A DNA stretch of 64,000 nucleotides from an uncultured Clostridia bacterium (GTDB lineage Bacteria; Bacillota; Clostridia; Christensenellales; UBA1242). The notes beneath the pieces are model-generated. The model was not told where the DNA came from. It worked only from the letters and a program-made list of their open reading frames with translations, and did no database searches. The stretch lies in contig CAKVFE010000002.1 of the NCBI GenBank assembly GCA_934746645.1, forward strand, positions 220,880 through 284,879. The letters are read 5' to 3'. Position 1 is the stretch's first letter. Every line of letters begins with the position of its first letter. The translations under genes were made by a program, and so were the position numbers. Below are positions 10,400 to 20,337 of the stretch, in pieces.

Positions 10400-10428
10400 T
10401 TGACTAAAAATTGCAAATTATGTATTAT
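10400..10428 (+). promoter_or_regulatory. Sigma-A type promoter of the PadR-like gene
   Basis: TTGACT (10400-10405), 17-nt spacer, TATTAT (10423-10428) preceded by TG. Direct repeats GATTGCATA(A/G)TA at 10357 and 10382 lie just upstream and are a possible operator. Confidence 0.45.
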
Positions 10429-10512
10429 TATATCAGAAGATATAAAAAGCATTATTAAAAACGCTTTAAAAAATTTATTTGGTTCCCTAACCTTGTACTT
10501 TAAGGAGGTATT

Positions 10513-12300
10513 ATGGCATCAAGAAAAAGACCAGCTTCAAGAGGATTTGTTAACAATATTATTTTAGAAAGCCTATTAAGTGGAGATAAATATGGCTATG
10601 AAATAATAAAAGAAGTAGAAGATAAAAGTAATGGTAAAATTATATTAAAGCAACCTAGCCTTTATAGCAGTTTAAAAAGATTTGAAACTAAAGGGTACAT
10701 TACATCTTATTGGGGTGATAGTGATATTGGTGGTAGAAGACATTACTACACCATAACTGAACCTGGGAAAAATTATTACAACAGAACAGTAAATAAAAAA
10801 TTAAATAGACTTAACAAGAATATTACTGATGACGAAGATGATGATTTAGAAGATGTTGAACAACTTTCTTATGATGACACTGACACTAATGATGTTAATG
10901 AAGTAGATAACGAAACTATTGATGATACAAATGATGAAAGTGAAGAAAATCTTGTTACTGATACCAATGATGAAAATTATAATATATTTGAATTATTAGA
11001 ACACAAAGAAAACAAATCCGAACCAAAACATAACCCACCTACTCCACAACCAGTAAAAACAAAAGAAACTGGTATTCAGGTTGATATGTTTACTCAACAA
11101 GAAAAAGTTAATGAAGTTGATAAAGAAGAAAAAGTTAATGTTGAAACAATACAACAATTAAAAATTAATGACTCTCCTATCACAGAAACTAAAGAAAATA
11201 ATGAATCTAAGAAAGAGATACCATTAATTAAAGAACAAACACAAGAATTTTTCAGTTGGGAAGATTTAAAAAGAAAACAAGTTGCTCAAAAACAACAAGA
11301 ACCAGAACATAATGAAGAACCTATTAAAAATCAAGTTGTTATGGATGAAAATGGAATATTGAAAGTTCCAGATCCAACTATTGAGAAAAAGAAAGAACAT
11401 AAAATTTATGATAATGTTGGTTCAAGAATTGAATATAATGATCCAGTTATTAATAATAAAAAACACGAATCTAAAGTTCAAGAAAAAGAATTAACTGAAG
11501 AAGAAAGACATGTTATTAACCAAAAGTTTAATGAAAAATTAGATAGAATAATAGATCAAAAGGTTGATAAAAAAAGACAAGAAGAACCTACTCCACAACC
11601 AGTTGAAGAAGATATTGATTATAAAAACATTTTGGGCGAATTACTTTCAAAAGAAGATGAAATAGTTAAGCCACAACCTACAATAGCTGAACGCCAACCT
11701 GAATATGAAGAAAATAGTGATGAAGAGATACCAGATAATGTTGTTGAAGAAGCTATAAACAATGTTGAACAATATGTTGCAGAACAACAATCTACTCAGA
11801 ACAATGTCACAGATTTTGGTTTTAAATTCAAGCCATATATGACTGAAACTGATGAAAAGAAAGAAAATGATTTTATCCTTTCAAATAAAGTTAAAATGAA
11901 ATATGGTATATTTATGTTTGTACTTTTAATACTTCAAATCTCTACCCTATTTATCATTTTAAAAGCTAAAAATTTGTTATACACTTCAGACTATATTTTA
12001 TATGGTGTAGCTTATGGATTATCATTAGCATTATTGTTGATATGCATAATTCCTTACTTTGTTTTACCAGACAAACGAAAATCCAATAATTTTAAACTTA
12101 CATATTCTTTATTATTTGGTACATTATTATTCTTAGCTGCTTGTGCATTAACTTACGCTATCAATACATTTGCAGGACTTAATAGCTCTAATGTAGCTAT
12201 GTTCTCTACAAAATTATTGTTACCAATAATATTGTCAATCAACTTTATTATTACACCAATAATCCATATGTTATTATTGTATGACAAACAAAATTATTAA
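10513..12300 (+). CDS. Membrane-anchored PadR-family transcriptional regulator (wHTH, long acidic linker, C-terminal multi-TM domain)
   Basis: N-terminus ILESLLSGDKYGYEIIKEV...PSLYSSLKRFETKGYITSYW...RRHYYTITEPGKNYY is a PadR wHTH. About 330 aa of D/E/K/Q-rich low complexity. The last 150 aa or so contain about 5 hydrophobic helices. RBS aaggagg. Confidence 0.8.
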   Translation: MASRKRPASRGFVNNIILESLLSGDKYGYEIIKEVEDKSNGKIILKQPSLYSSLKRFETKGYITSYWGDSDIGGRRHYYTITEPGKNYYNRTVNKKLNRLNKNITDDEDDDLEDVEQLSYDDTDTNDVNEVDNETIDDTNDESEENLVTDTNDENYNIFELLEHKENKSEPKHNPPTPQPVKTKETGIQVDMFTQQEKVNEVDKEEKVNVETIQQLKINDSPITETKENNESKKEIPLIKEQTQEFFSWEDLKRKQVAQKQQEPEHNEEPIKNQVVMDENGILKVPDPTIEKKKEHKIYDNVGSRIEYNDPVINNKKHESKVQEKELTEEERHVINQKFNEKLDRIIDQKVDKKRQEEPTPQPVEEDIDYKNILGELLSKEDEIVKPQPTIAERQPEYEENSDEEIPDNVVEEAINNVEQYVAEQQSTQNNVTDFGFKFKPYMTETDEKKENDFILSNKVKMKYGIFMFVLLILQISTLFIILKAKNLLYTSDYILYGVAYGLSLALLLICIIPYFVLPDKRKSNNFKLTYSLLFGTLLFLAACALTYAINTFAGLNSSNVAMFSTKLLLPIILSINFIITPIIHMLLLYDKQNY

Positions 12301-12314
12301 AATAAAAATAAAAT

Positions 12315-12345
12315 AAAAAGCCTTAATTAGGCTTTTTATTTTTGT
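12315..12345. terminator. Bidirectional terminator between the PadR-like and DedA-like genes
   Basis: aaaaagcct-taatt-aggcttttt. Overlaps the stop codon of the minus-strand gene. Confidence 0.75.
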
Positions 12346-13216
12346 TTGATTTAGGCAATTTAGATATTATCCAACTTTCTATAGGTTCTTGATATTTTGT
12401 CATTACTACTACTGCAACAATAGCTAAAACAAGTATAAATGGCCATACAAATAATCCCCAACCTGTAAATGGGACAATATATCCACCACCAAAGAAACTC
12501 ATACAAACAACACCAATAGGTCGTGTAATCAATGCAATCCAAAAGAACTCTTTAAATTTCATTGATGTTATACCAGCTATTAAACATAGCATATCATCTG
12601 GGAATAATGGCAATAAAAATGCAACTATGAGAAAAAATTTTCCTTTTTTACTTATTAAATCTGCATACTTTGTAGCGTTATCCTCCCCTGCTATCCATCT
12701 TACAATTTTAACGCCAAATACTTTACCTAGCAGGAATGAAGAATATGAGCCTAATAATACACCAGTAGTGCATAATATTGAACCTAATATTGGTCCATAG
12801 ATTGCAACACCTGTAAGTGTAATTATCATTGATGGAATAGGAACAAATAAAACTTGCAAGTACTGTACTAATACATATACAAACATTCCCTTACTTTTTG
12901 TTGATAATATAAATTCTTTAAATGTTGCCACAGATGAAAAAACTGAAAGCATATCATATTTATTTAAGACAAACACTACAAGAGAAACAATAAATATTAT
13001 TATAGAAATTACAAAAAATAATCTTGAATATAATTGCTTTCTTTTTTTATAAAATATGTATGATAATACACTTAAAATTAAACTAACAAATATTAAAATT
13101 GTCCATACAATTGAAAATCCAATCGCCTTTTCATAATCAACAATAATTATTGTTGTTAATATCGGTAACAAAAATAATAATGAATAATATATAAATTTAC
13201 TTTTGACCATTTTCAC
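12323..13216 (-). CDS. TVP38/TMEM64 (DedA/VTT-domain) family membrane protein
   Basis: Polytopic membrane protein. The core LPLFPDDMLCLIAGITSMKFKEF matches the VTT/SNARE-associated motif. Confidence 0.7.
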   Translation of the reverse strand: MKMVKSKFIYYSLLFLLPILTTIIIVDYEKAIGFSIVWTILIFVSLILSVLSYIFYKKRKQLYSRLFFVISIIIFIVSLVVFVLNKYDMLSVFSSVATFKEFILSTKSKGMFVYVLVQYLQVLFVPIPSMIITLTGVAIYGPILGSILCTTGVLLGSYSSFLLGKVFGVKIVRWIAGEDNATKYADLISKKGKFFLIVAFLLPLFPDDMLCLIAGITSMKFKEFFWIALITRPIGVVCMSFFGGGYIVPFTGWGLFVWPFILVLAIVAVVVMTKYQEPIESWIISKLPKSNKNKKPN

Positions 13217-13381
13217 CTCTACATATATATATTATATTATTTATTAACTTTACTTATGACTTTACAAAATATTCTTATTATGTTACACTACTAAAAATAT
13301 GATTAATTATTGATTTTTTATGAAATTTTAGTTAATTATTTGTATACTTTTTATTAAAAACCATAATAAGAGGATTAGAAT

Positions 13382-14320
13382 TTGAGTAGAGTTGTTCTTA
13401 AATTAGAAAATGTAACAAAAGCATTTGAAGATAGAGTTGCTGTTAATAATGTCTCCTTTGAAATACACGAAGGGGAAATTTTTGGTTTCTTAGGTCCTAA
13501 TGGAGCTGGTAAAACAACCACTATGCGTATGATTTGTGGCTTAACCAAACCTACACACGGCAACATTACTATATGCGGTTATAATGTCCAACATGACTTT
13601 GAAAAAGCCATGAAACTAACCGGTGGAATTATTGAAAATCCCCTAATGTATGGTTATATGTCTGGTTATGATAACCTTAAATATTATGCAAGTCTTTATA
13701 AAGGCATTACAAAAGATACAATATATGCTTACGCAAAAATTGTAGGACTAGAACATAGATTAAAAGATAAAGTTAAATTTTATTCTTTAGGTATGCGTCA
13801 AAGATTAGGTATTGCTCAAGCACTACTTCACAATCCTAAATTATTAATATTGGACGAGCCTTTTAGTGGACTAGACCCTCAAGGCGTTGTTGAGATGAGA
13901 AAATTCTTAAAGAATTTGGCTCAAAAATACAAAATAGCAATTATGGTAAGTTCGCATATGCTTGCCGAAATGGAACAATTATGTGATACACTTGCTGTTA
14001 TTAATGCAGGTCAATTAATTGAATTAAAATCTATACATCAACTTAAACAAAGTATTGTTGGTTCTAGAAGAATTAAATTTAAAGTTGACTACCCTAACTT
14101 TGCTGGTAAAGTTGTTATCAACGAATTTCACTTCCCTGTTGATGTCGCAGGCAATTGCATATACATAACTGCTGGCGAAGAACAAGTACCTGAAATTAGC
14201 AAACGCTTACTAGATAATGGATTATCAATTTTTGGTGTAGAATTTATTTCAAAATCACTAGAAGAAATATTTATGGAACTTATTAAACGCAAAAATAAAG
14301 GACATATCGAAATCTTTTAA
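13382..14320 (+). CDS. ABC transporter ATP-binding protein
   Basis: Walker A GPNGAGKTT, signature YSLGMRQRLGIA, Walker B LLILDEP. TTG start with RBS aagagga. Confidence 0.92.
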   Translation: MSRVVLKLENVTKAFEDRVAVNNVSFEIHEGEIFGFLGPNGAGKTTTMRMICGLTKPTHGNITICGYNVQHDFEKAMKLTGGIIENPLMYGYMSGYDNLKYYASLYKGITKDTIYAYAKIVGLEHRLKDKVKFYSLGMRQRLGIAQALLHNPKLLILDEPFSGLDPQGVVEMRKFLKNLAQKYKIAIMVSSHMLAEMEQLCDTLAVINAGQLIELKSIHQLKQSIVGSRRIKFKVDYPNFAGKVVINEFHFPVDVAGNCIYITAGEEQVPEISKRLLDNGLSIFGVEFISKSLEEIFMELIKRKNKGHIEIF

Positions 14321-14333
14321 CTAAGGAGTAATT

Positions 14334-16418
14334 ATGGGTGTATTTAGAATTGCCCGTGCGGAATTTATAAAAATATTTAAAAAACCAAGCATATACTTGA
14401 TGGGTGTCATATTGGCAGCTGTCTTAGTTTTGTCGTTATTATTTTTCGACCCTATTGGCAAACAAAATTACACTGTTACAATAGATGGTTCTAGTGTTGA
14501 AAAAATATATGACAAATTTATGGATAACGCTGGCGATATAACTAAAGAAACATACGATAAAAGTATTCAAAATAGTTTAGATAAAATTAATTTCTATAAA
14601 AGTTTTAATGATCGTAACCTTTCTTTAACAAAAATATATAATGAATTTGTTATTTTGTATAAAGACTTAGAAACACAAAATAGTATAGAAAACAATGAAG
14701 ATAAAATAAATTCTACATTCACAGAATTAAAAAATAAATTTCAATCTTACTGTGATGAATATAACAATGTAGAAAATTTATCAACTTATAGCGAATTATT
14801 TAAAACTTTTTATGATAACTCAGATACAACAAAATCAGATTTAAATAATTTAACAGAAGTATTAAACAGAGAAACAACTACCCCAAAAGTTTTTATAAAC
14901 TATGTAGTAAGTAATACATATTTAGACAAAATGGAGTCTATCAATAAAGACAATAAAAACTTTATAGTTTCTACATTTAAACGATATTCTGAATCAATAA
15001 AAGATAAACAAACTAAATATTATACTAGAGTAACCAACAACACAACATCTTCACAATTTAATGACTTAAAAGATGAATTATACCAAGAACTAAGTGCCTT
15101 TTATGATAATCTAATTAGCATAAACAAAGATGACCAACATCTTGCATTTATGGTAACAACAGAATATGAAAATCTTAAAAATGAAGTTGCTGAAGAAAAA
15201 TCAATTATTGAATATTATAATGATGTAAACAATCCAAATAAAACTGAATACAAAAAACATCAAACAATTGTAAACCAATTAAATGATAAAAATATAGTAG
15301 CAAAAATTGATAAGTTTATTGATAATATTATTGAATTTAAGGTATCCAACACTACCCTTGAAAAATTGGAAAATACAATTAATACAAAGGTAATGGATTT
15401 AAAAGAAAGTCTAAATGCTGACATAGAAGCAGTTAAACAAATTTATAATACAAGCAATAAAAAAGATATTGACAATATTAATAGTCTTATTTCTAAATAC
15501 AAAGTACTAGCACTTAATACAGAAAATTTGGTTAATGACACAATTGATTTAGAAGCAATAAGAGTTTTAAACTCAAACAAAATTACTAAATATATTGGTT
15601 TTGAAAAATTTAATGTTTATGAAACAAAAGAAGAACTAACCAAAACCAAATATATGATTGATAAAGGCACATATAATCAAGAATATTCTGATGTATTTGC
15701 TTTCAACAAAAATAGTTCTACCGAAACAACAGCTTATGACTTTATGTTTTATGGTATGGAAATAGCTACATTAATTATAAGTATTTTTGCTATATTCCTA
15801 TCAGCAAGTTTGATTGCTTCAGAATATGATAGTGGCACAATCAAATTGCTTGCTATGAGACCATTTAACCGTTGGAAGATAATAACTGGTAAGTTGGTTG
15901 CAACAATGATATTTGCCCTATTATTCGTGTTATTTAGCTTTATAATCTGCTTTGTTGCAGGTATATGTATGTATCCACTAGTTAACACTCCAATACTTAT
16001 GGTATTTAATGCAACTAGCGCTGTAGCAATTAGTCCATTTGTATTGATGCTACTAGACTTATTATGCATACTAGCAGAAATATTCTTCTATACAGTAATT
16101 GCCTTATCTATATCAACAATATTCCGTTCATATACTTCAGCAATTTCAATTTCTTGCATAATGTTTATACTTGCTACAAGCTTTAACTTATTATTTGGCG
16201 GATATTTCTGGTATTCATTTATACCATTTATTAATGCAGATTTCTTTAAATTCTTTGGTGGTAGTTTCTTAACTACTCAATCTGGAGCATTTAATACATT
16301 GTTTACTTCTACCCTATTATCTAATGCTAATTTCTTTATGTCATTAGGTATATGGGCTGGTACAATAACAATATTCTTACTTATTACTTACATTACATTC
16401 AAATTAAGAGATTTCTAA
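14334..16418 (+). CDS. ABC-2 type transporter permease with a large (about 430 aa) extracytoplasmic insertion
   Basis: One N-terminal TM, a long N/K/E-rich soluble region, then about 5 C-terminal TMs typical of ABC-2 permeases. Probably translationally coupled to the ATPase gene. Confidence 0.75.
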   Translation: MGVFRIARAEFIKIFKKPSIYLMGVILAAVLVLSLLFFDPIGKQNYTVTIDGSSVEKIYDKFMDNAGDITKETYDKSIQNSLDKINFYKSFNDRNLSLTKIYNEFVILYKDLETQNSIENNEDKINSTFTELKNKFQSYCDEYNNVENLSTYSELFKTFYDNSDTTKSDLNNLTEVLNRETTTPKVFINYVVSNTYLDKMESINKDNKNFIVSTFKRYSESIKDKQTKYYTRVTNNTTSSQFNDLKDELYQELSAFYDNLISINKDDQHLAFMVTTEYENLKNEVAEEKSIIEYYNDVNNPNKTEYKKHQTIVNQLNDKNIVAKIDKFIDNIIEFKVSNTTLEKLENTINTKVMDLKESLNADIEAVKQIYNTSNKKDIDNINSLISKYKVLALNTENLVNDTIDLEAIRVLNSNKITKYIGFEKFNVYETKEELTKTKYMIDKGTYNQEYSDVFAFNKNSSTETTAYDFMFYGMEIATLIISIFAIFLSASLIASEYDSGTIKLLAMRPFNRWKIITGKLVATMIFALLFVLFSFIICFVAGICMYPLVNTPILMVFNATSAVAISPFVLMLLDLLCILAEIFFYTVIALSISTIFRSYTSAISISCIMFILATSFNLLFGGYFWYSFIPFINADFFKFFGGSFLTTQSGAFNTLFTSTLLSNANFFMSLGIWAGTITIFLLITYITFKLRDF

Positions 16419-16443
16419 TCATAATATAAAAATGATTAAAAAC

Positions 16444-16475
16444 AAAAAATCACTCAAATTGAGTGATTTTTTTTA
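16444..16475. terminator. Bidirectional terminator
   Basis: aaaaaatcactc-aaatt-gagtgatttttt. Confidence 0.8.
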
Positions 16476-16491
16476 TTAATTAATTTAATTC

Positions 16492-17673
16492 TTAATCGGT
16501 TGCATAATTGTCAAAATAACCAGTAACTAGGACTATAGGAGTACCTTTATCACCACTGCCACTAGTTAAATCACATAAAGAGCCAACTAAGTCTGTTATC
16601 CTTCTAGGTGTTGTTCCTAAAGACTCTGCTTTATTAACTAAGTTAGATTCTTTTTCATTAATAAGTTTTTTCATTGCTTCAACTGCTTTTTCACCAGTTA
16701 AATTAGCAATTTTGTTATCAGCTAAGTATTTAAGTTTGATTTCATTTGGAGTACCCAATAAGCCATCAGTATATGCAGGACTTACAACTGGATCTGCCAA
16801 TTCCCATATTCCACCTACTGGATCTTTAAATGCGCCATCGCCATACACCATACATTCAAGCTTAACACCCAATCTTGAAAGAAGTTCTTTTTGAAGGTTG
16901 TTGACAAAAGTTTTTGTATCACGAGGGAACAATTTAACCTTTTCATCTGTTGATAGGTTGCTACCAAGAACACCATAATCTTCATGGTATCCACTACCAT
17001 CTACACTTTTATTAAGTATTTCGTGTAGAGAAATAACTTTTTCAGCACCATTACTTTCTAACAATTTTTTAGTTCTAAATCTAGAATGTATATCTGCATT
17101 AATAACTTTCTTTGTATATTTTAAAATTTCGGTTGGATCATTGGATAAAATAATTTCGCAATCACACTCTGATATTTGCTTATACATTTCAATGTAATTA
17201 ACACCGGTAAATGGATGTGTAACATCTTTAACCAAATCAGTAAATTCTTTAGCTGTATAAGATTTACCAAATTGGAATATACCCAAATCATATAGTTTAT
17301 CTATAGATACTAATGGATTGCCAACTTCATCAAATGGATATGATAATTGGATAACAATCTTATCAGCACCTCTTGAAATACCTCTCAAGATACTTGAAAA
17401 TCTATTTCTTGAAAGTATTGGGAACACAACTCCTATTGTTCCACCACCAAGTTTGGTTCTAACATCTTTTGCGATATTGTCAATAGTAGCAAAATTGCCT
17501 TGTGACTTAGCAACTATAGCTTCAGTAACTGCAACAATATCTTTTTCTTTTAACTTTATATTCTCATTTTTCACTGTAGCTTCTATGCAATCGGCTACTA
17601 TTTTTACCAAGTTATCTCCTGGTCTTATTATTGGAGCTCTAACTCCTCTTGCAACTGTACCTACTGTTCTCAT
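16492..17673 (-). CDS. F420-0:gamma-glutamyl ligase (CofE)-like family protein
   Basis: N-terminus MRTVGTVARGVRAPIIRPGDNL...DIVAVTEAIVAKSQG resembles the CofE/F420-ligase fold. Start chosen at 17673 (RBS aaggag) rather than the ORF-track start at 17715. Confidence 0.5.
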   Translation of the reverse strand: MRTVGTVARGVRAPIIRPGDNLVKIVADCIEATVKNENIKLKEKDIVAVTEAIVAKSQGNFATIDNIAKDVRTKLGGGTIGVVFPILSRNRFSSILRGISRGADKIVIQLSYPFDEVGNPLVSIDKLYDLGIFQFGKSYTAKEFTDLVKDVTHPFTGVNYIEMYKQISECDCEIILSNDPTEILKYTKKVINADIHSRFRTKKLLESNGAEKVISLHEILNKSVDGSGYHEDYGVLGSNLSTDEKVKLFPRDTKTFVNNLQKELLSRLGVKLECMVYGDGAFKDPVGGIWELADPVVSPAYTDGLLGTPNEIKLKYLADNKIANLTGEKAVEAMKKLINEKESNLVNKAESLGTTPRRITDLVGSLCDLTSGSGDKGTPIVLVTGYFDNYATD

Positions 17674-17741
17674 AATAATCTCCTTAATTATTTTGTTAAC
17701 ACACTCATTATACAATATATGTAAAAAAATTAAAAATTAAT

Positions 17742-17776
17742 ATTAAAAAAAAAAGATATAAATTTTATATCTTTTT
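17742..17776 (-). terminator. Terminator of rnhA
   Basis: aaagatataa/ttatatcttt hairpin followed on the minus strand by a T10 run. Confidence 0.75.
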
Positions 17777-18218
17777 ATTTGTTATTATTCATTTCTATTT
17801 GTTTTCTTGCAAGAGCATCACATCTATTGTTATACACATTATCTGCGTGACCTTTTACTTTTACCCACTTAACATTATGTTGTGATAACAATTGTAATAA
17901 TTCTTGCCACAAATCTATATTAAGCACTGGCTTTTTATTGGCTGTACGCCAATTATTGGCTTGCCAATTTTCTATCCAACCTTGCAAAAAGGCATTAACA
18001 GTATAAGCTGAATCCGAATATATTGTTACATTACAAGGTTCTTTAATTAATTTTAAGCCTTCAATTACAGCTGTTATTTCCATTCGGTTATTAGTGGTAT
18101 TATCACAATAACCTGAATGTTCTTTTTCTTTATCTTTATATTTTAAAACAATTCCATATCCACCCGGACCTGGATTATAAGAGCAAGCTCCATCAGTATA
18201 CAACTCTACATCTTTCAT
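17775..18218 (-). CDS. rnhA: Ribonuclease HI
   Basis: YTDGACSYNPGPGGYG and KVKGHADNVYNNRCDALA motifs. 147 aa. Confidence 0.93.
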   Translation of the reverse strand: MKDVELYTDGACSYNPGPGGYGIVLKYKDKEKEHSGYCDNTTNNRMEITAVIEGLKLIKEPCNVTIYSDSAYTVNAFLQGWIENWQANNWRTANKKPVLNIDLWQELLQLLSQHNVKWVKVKGHADNVYNNRCDALARKQIEMNNNK

Positions 18219-18286
18219 ATTTAGTTCCTCTTCATATTATAATATCATATTATAATTTTATAAACAAAACTATTTTATGGTTTTTA

Positions 18287-18315
18287 TTGACATTTAATAA
18301 ATAATTATTTATACT
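18287..18315 (+). promoter_or_regulatory. Sigma-A promoter of tRNA-Trp
   Basis: TTGACA (18287-18292), 17 nt, TATACT (18310-18315). The same tttttattgaca upstream context occurs at the six-tRNA operon promoter. Confidence 0.65.
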
Positions 18316-18345
18316 ATCAATGTGGTAAAAATTACTACACTATTT

Positions 18346-18420
18346 AGGGGAGTAGTTCAATGGTAGAATCGCGGTCTCCAAAACCGTTGGTTGAGGGTTC
18401 GAGTCCTTTCTCCCCTGCCA
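18346..18420 (+). tRNA. trnW: tRNA-Trp (anticodon CCA), CCA-3' encoded
   Basis: Hand-folded cloverleaf: acceptor AGGGGAG/CTCCCCT, anticodon stem GCGGT/ACCGT with loop CTCCAAA, T-loop TTCGAGT. Confidence 0.93.
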
Positions 18421-18425
18421 ATCTG

Positions 18426-18449
18426 ACGCACTTTAGTGCGTTATTTTTT
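18426..18449 (+). terminator. Terminator after tRNA-Trp
   Basis: acgcac-ttta-gtgcgt followed by TTATTTTTT. Confidence 0.8.
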
Positions 18450-18527
18450 ATTTAAGATAAAAAATTAATATGTTTATTATAAATAATAAAACAAAAAAAG
18501 AGTTGTATTGCTACAACTCTTTTTTAA

Positions 18528-20126
18528 TTACTTAGCGTATTCTACACTTCGTGTTTCTCTTATTACATTAACTTTAATAGTACCTGGATATTCCATTTCT
18601 TTTTCAATCTTTTGAGCAATATCCTTAGCCATAAATAATGCGTCATCATCACTAATTTCTGTAGGTTTAACAATGATTCTAACTTCTCTACCTGCTTGAA
18701 TAGCATAAGATTTTTCAACACCTTTAAAGCTATTAGCGATTTCTTCAAGTTTTTGTAAACGCTTAATATAGTTTTCCAAGCTTTCTCTTCTAGCACCTGG
18801 TCTAGAACTTGAAATGGCATCTGCTGCTTGAACTAAAATAGCTTCGATACTTTCAAATTCGACATCACCATGGTGAGCTGCAATACAATGAATAACTTCT
18901 TTAGTTTCTTTGTATTTTTTAGCTAAATCAACACCAATAGTAACATGTGTACCTTCTACTTCATGGTCAACAGCTTTACCAATATCGTGCAACAAACCAC
19001 CACGCTTTGCTACATTGACATTAGCACCTAACTCTGCAGCCATAAGTCCAGCTAAGTATGACACTTCCAAACTATGTTTTAATACATTTTGTCCATAACT
19101 TGTACGATATTTTAATCTACCAAGTATTTTAATAAGTTCTGGATGTAAACCATTAATACCAGCATCAAAAGCAGCAGCTTCTCCTGCTTCTTTAATAGTA
19201 ACTTCCATATCTCTAGTAACTTTTTCTACCATTTCTTCTATTCTTGTTGGATGAATACGACCATCAAGAATTAGTTTTTCCAATGATATACGAGCAATTT
19301 CTCTTCTAACTGGATCAAATGAAGATAGTACTACTGCTTCTGGTGTATCATCAATAATTAGGTCAACACCTGTAGCATTTTCAAGTGCTCTAATATTTCT
19401 ACCTTCACGACCAATGATTCTACCCTTCATTTCTTCACTAGGAAGTATAACTGATGAAACTGTAACCTCACTAGTATGATCTGCAGCACATCTTTGAATT
19501 GCCAATGTAACAATATCTTTTGCTTTTTTGTCAGCTTCATCTTTAGCTGCTTGTTCAATATTTCTAACAAGGATTGCAGCATCTCTTTTAGCATCTTCTT
19601 CAAACATTGATACTAATTGATTTTTAGCTTCTTCCTTAGATAATCCAGCAACTTTTTCTAATTCGCCAACAATTTGTTCTTTGATTTTGTTTTGTTCATT
19701 GATAGCATTTTCAATTTCTTGTTCTTTATTTTCCAAAGCAGTTTTCATATTATCAATAGCTTCGATTTTATTATCCAACATAACTTCTCTTTTAGTAATA
19801 AAATCTTCTCTTTGAACAACACGATTTTCTGCTTTTTGCATTTCAGCTCGTCTTTCTTTCAATTCTGCATCGCATTCATTTTTAAGTCTTAACACTTCAT
19901 CTTTAGCTTCCAAAATTGCTTCTTTTTTCACAGTTTTTGCTTCATTAAGGGCTTCTTGAATGATGTTGGCAGCAGTTGCTTTACTCTTTTCAGTCTTTTT
20001 CTTTGATAGAAAAGTACTTAAAAACATACCCAATGGTAATGCTAATCCAACACAAATTATACCCACAATAACACTAACAACTGGAGTAGACAATGCTAAT
20101 AAACTAAACATTGCACTTTGTGTCAT
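18528..20126 (-). CDS. rny: Ribonuclease Y
   Basis: N-terminal TM helix, coiled coil, KH domain ([11 protein letters not shown]), HD domain (LLHDIGKA). 532 aa. Confidence 0.96.
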   Translation of the reverse strand: MTQSAMFSLLALSTPVVSVIVGIICVGLALPLGMFLSTFLSKKKTEKSKATAANIIQEALNEAKTVKKEAILEAKDEVLRLKNECDAELKERRAEMQKAENRVVQREDFITKREVMLDNKIEAIDNMKTALENKEQEIENAINEQNKIKEQIVGELEKVAGLSKEEAKNQLVSMFEEDAKRDAAILVRNIEQAAKDEADKKAKDIVTLAIQRCAADHTSEVTVSSVILPSEEMKGRIIGREGRNIRALENATGVDLIIDDTPEAVVLSSFDPVRREIARISLEKLILDGRIHPTRIEEMVEKVTRDMEVTIKEAGEAAAFDAGINGLHPELIKILGRLKYRTSYGQNVLKHSLEVSYLAGLMAAELGANVNVAKRGGLLHDIGKAVDHEVEGTHVTIGVDLAKKYKETKEVIHCIAAHHGDVEFESIEAILVQAADAISSSRPGARRESLENYIKRLQKLEEIANSFKGVEKSYAIQAGREVRIIVKPTEISDDDALFMAKDIAQKIEKEMEYPGTIKVNVIRETRSVEYAK

Positions 20127-20293
20127 TTTAATTCTCCTTTTATTAAATTTTAATTGTACAATAATTTTAATTCTTTAAAACAATAAAGAAATATTTTTGT
20201 TATATAAATAAATTTTTTGATATATCAAAAAATACTATTTACCACATAATAATTGTAAATAATTAAATAAAATTTGTCAAACAATATGATTAT

Positions 20294-20332
20294 AAAAAAA
20301 GTCGAATAATATCCATAAATATTATCCGACTT
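20294..20332 (-). terminator. Terminator of thiI
   Basis: Minus strand aagtcggataatat...atattattcgactt followed by a T7 run. Confidence 0.7.
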
Positions 20333-20337
20333 ACATA

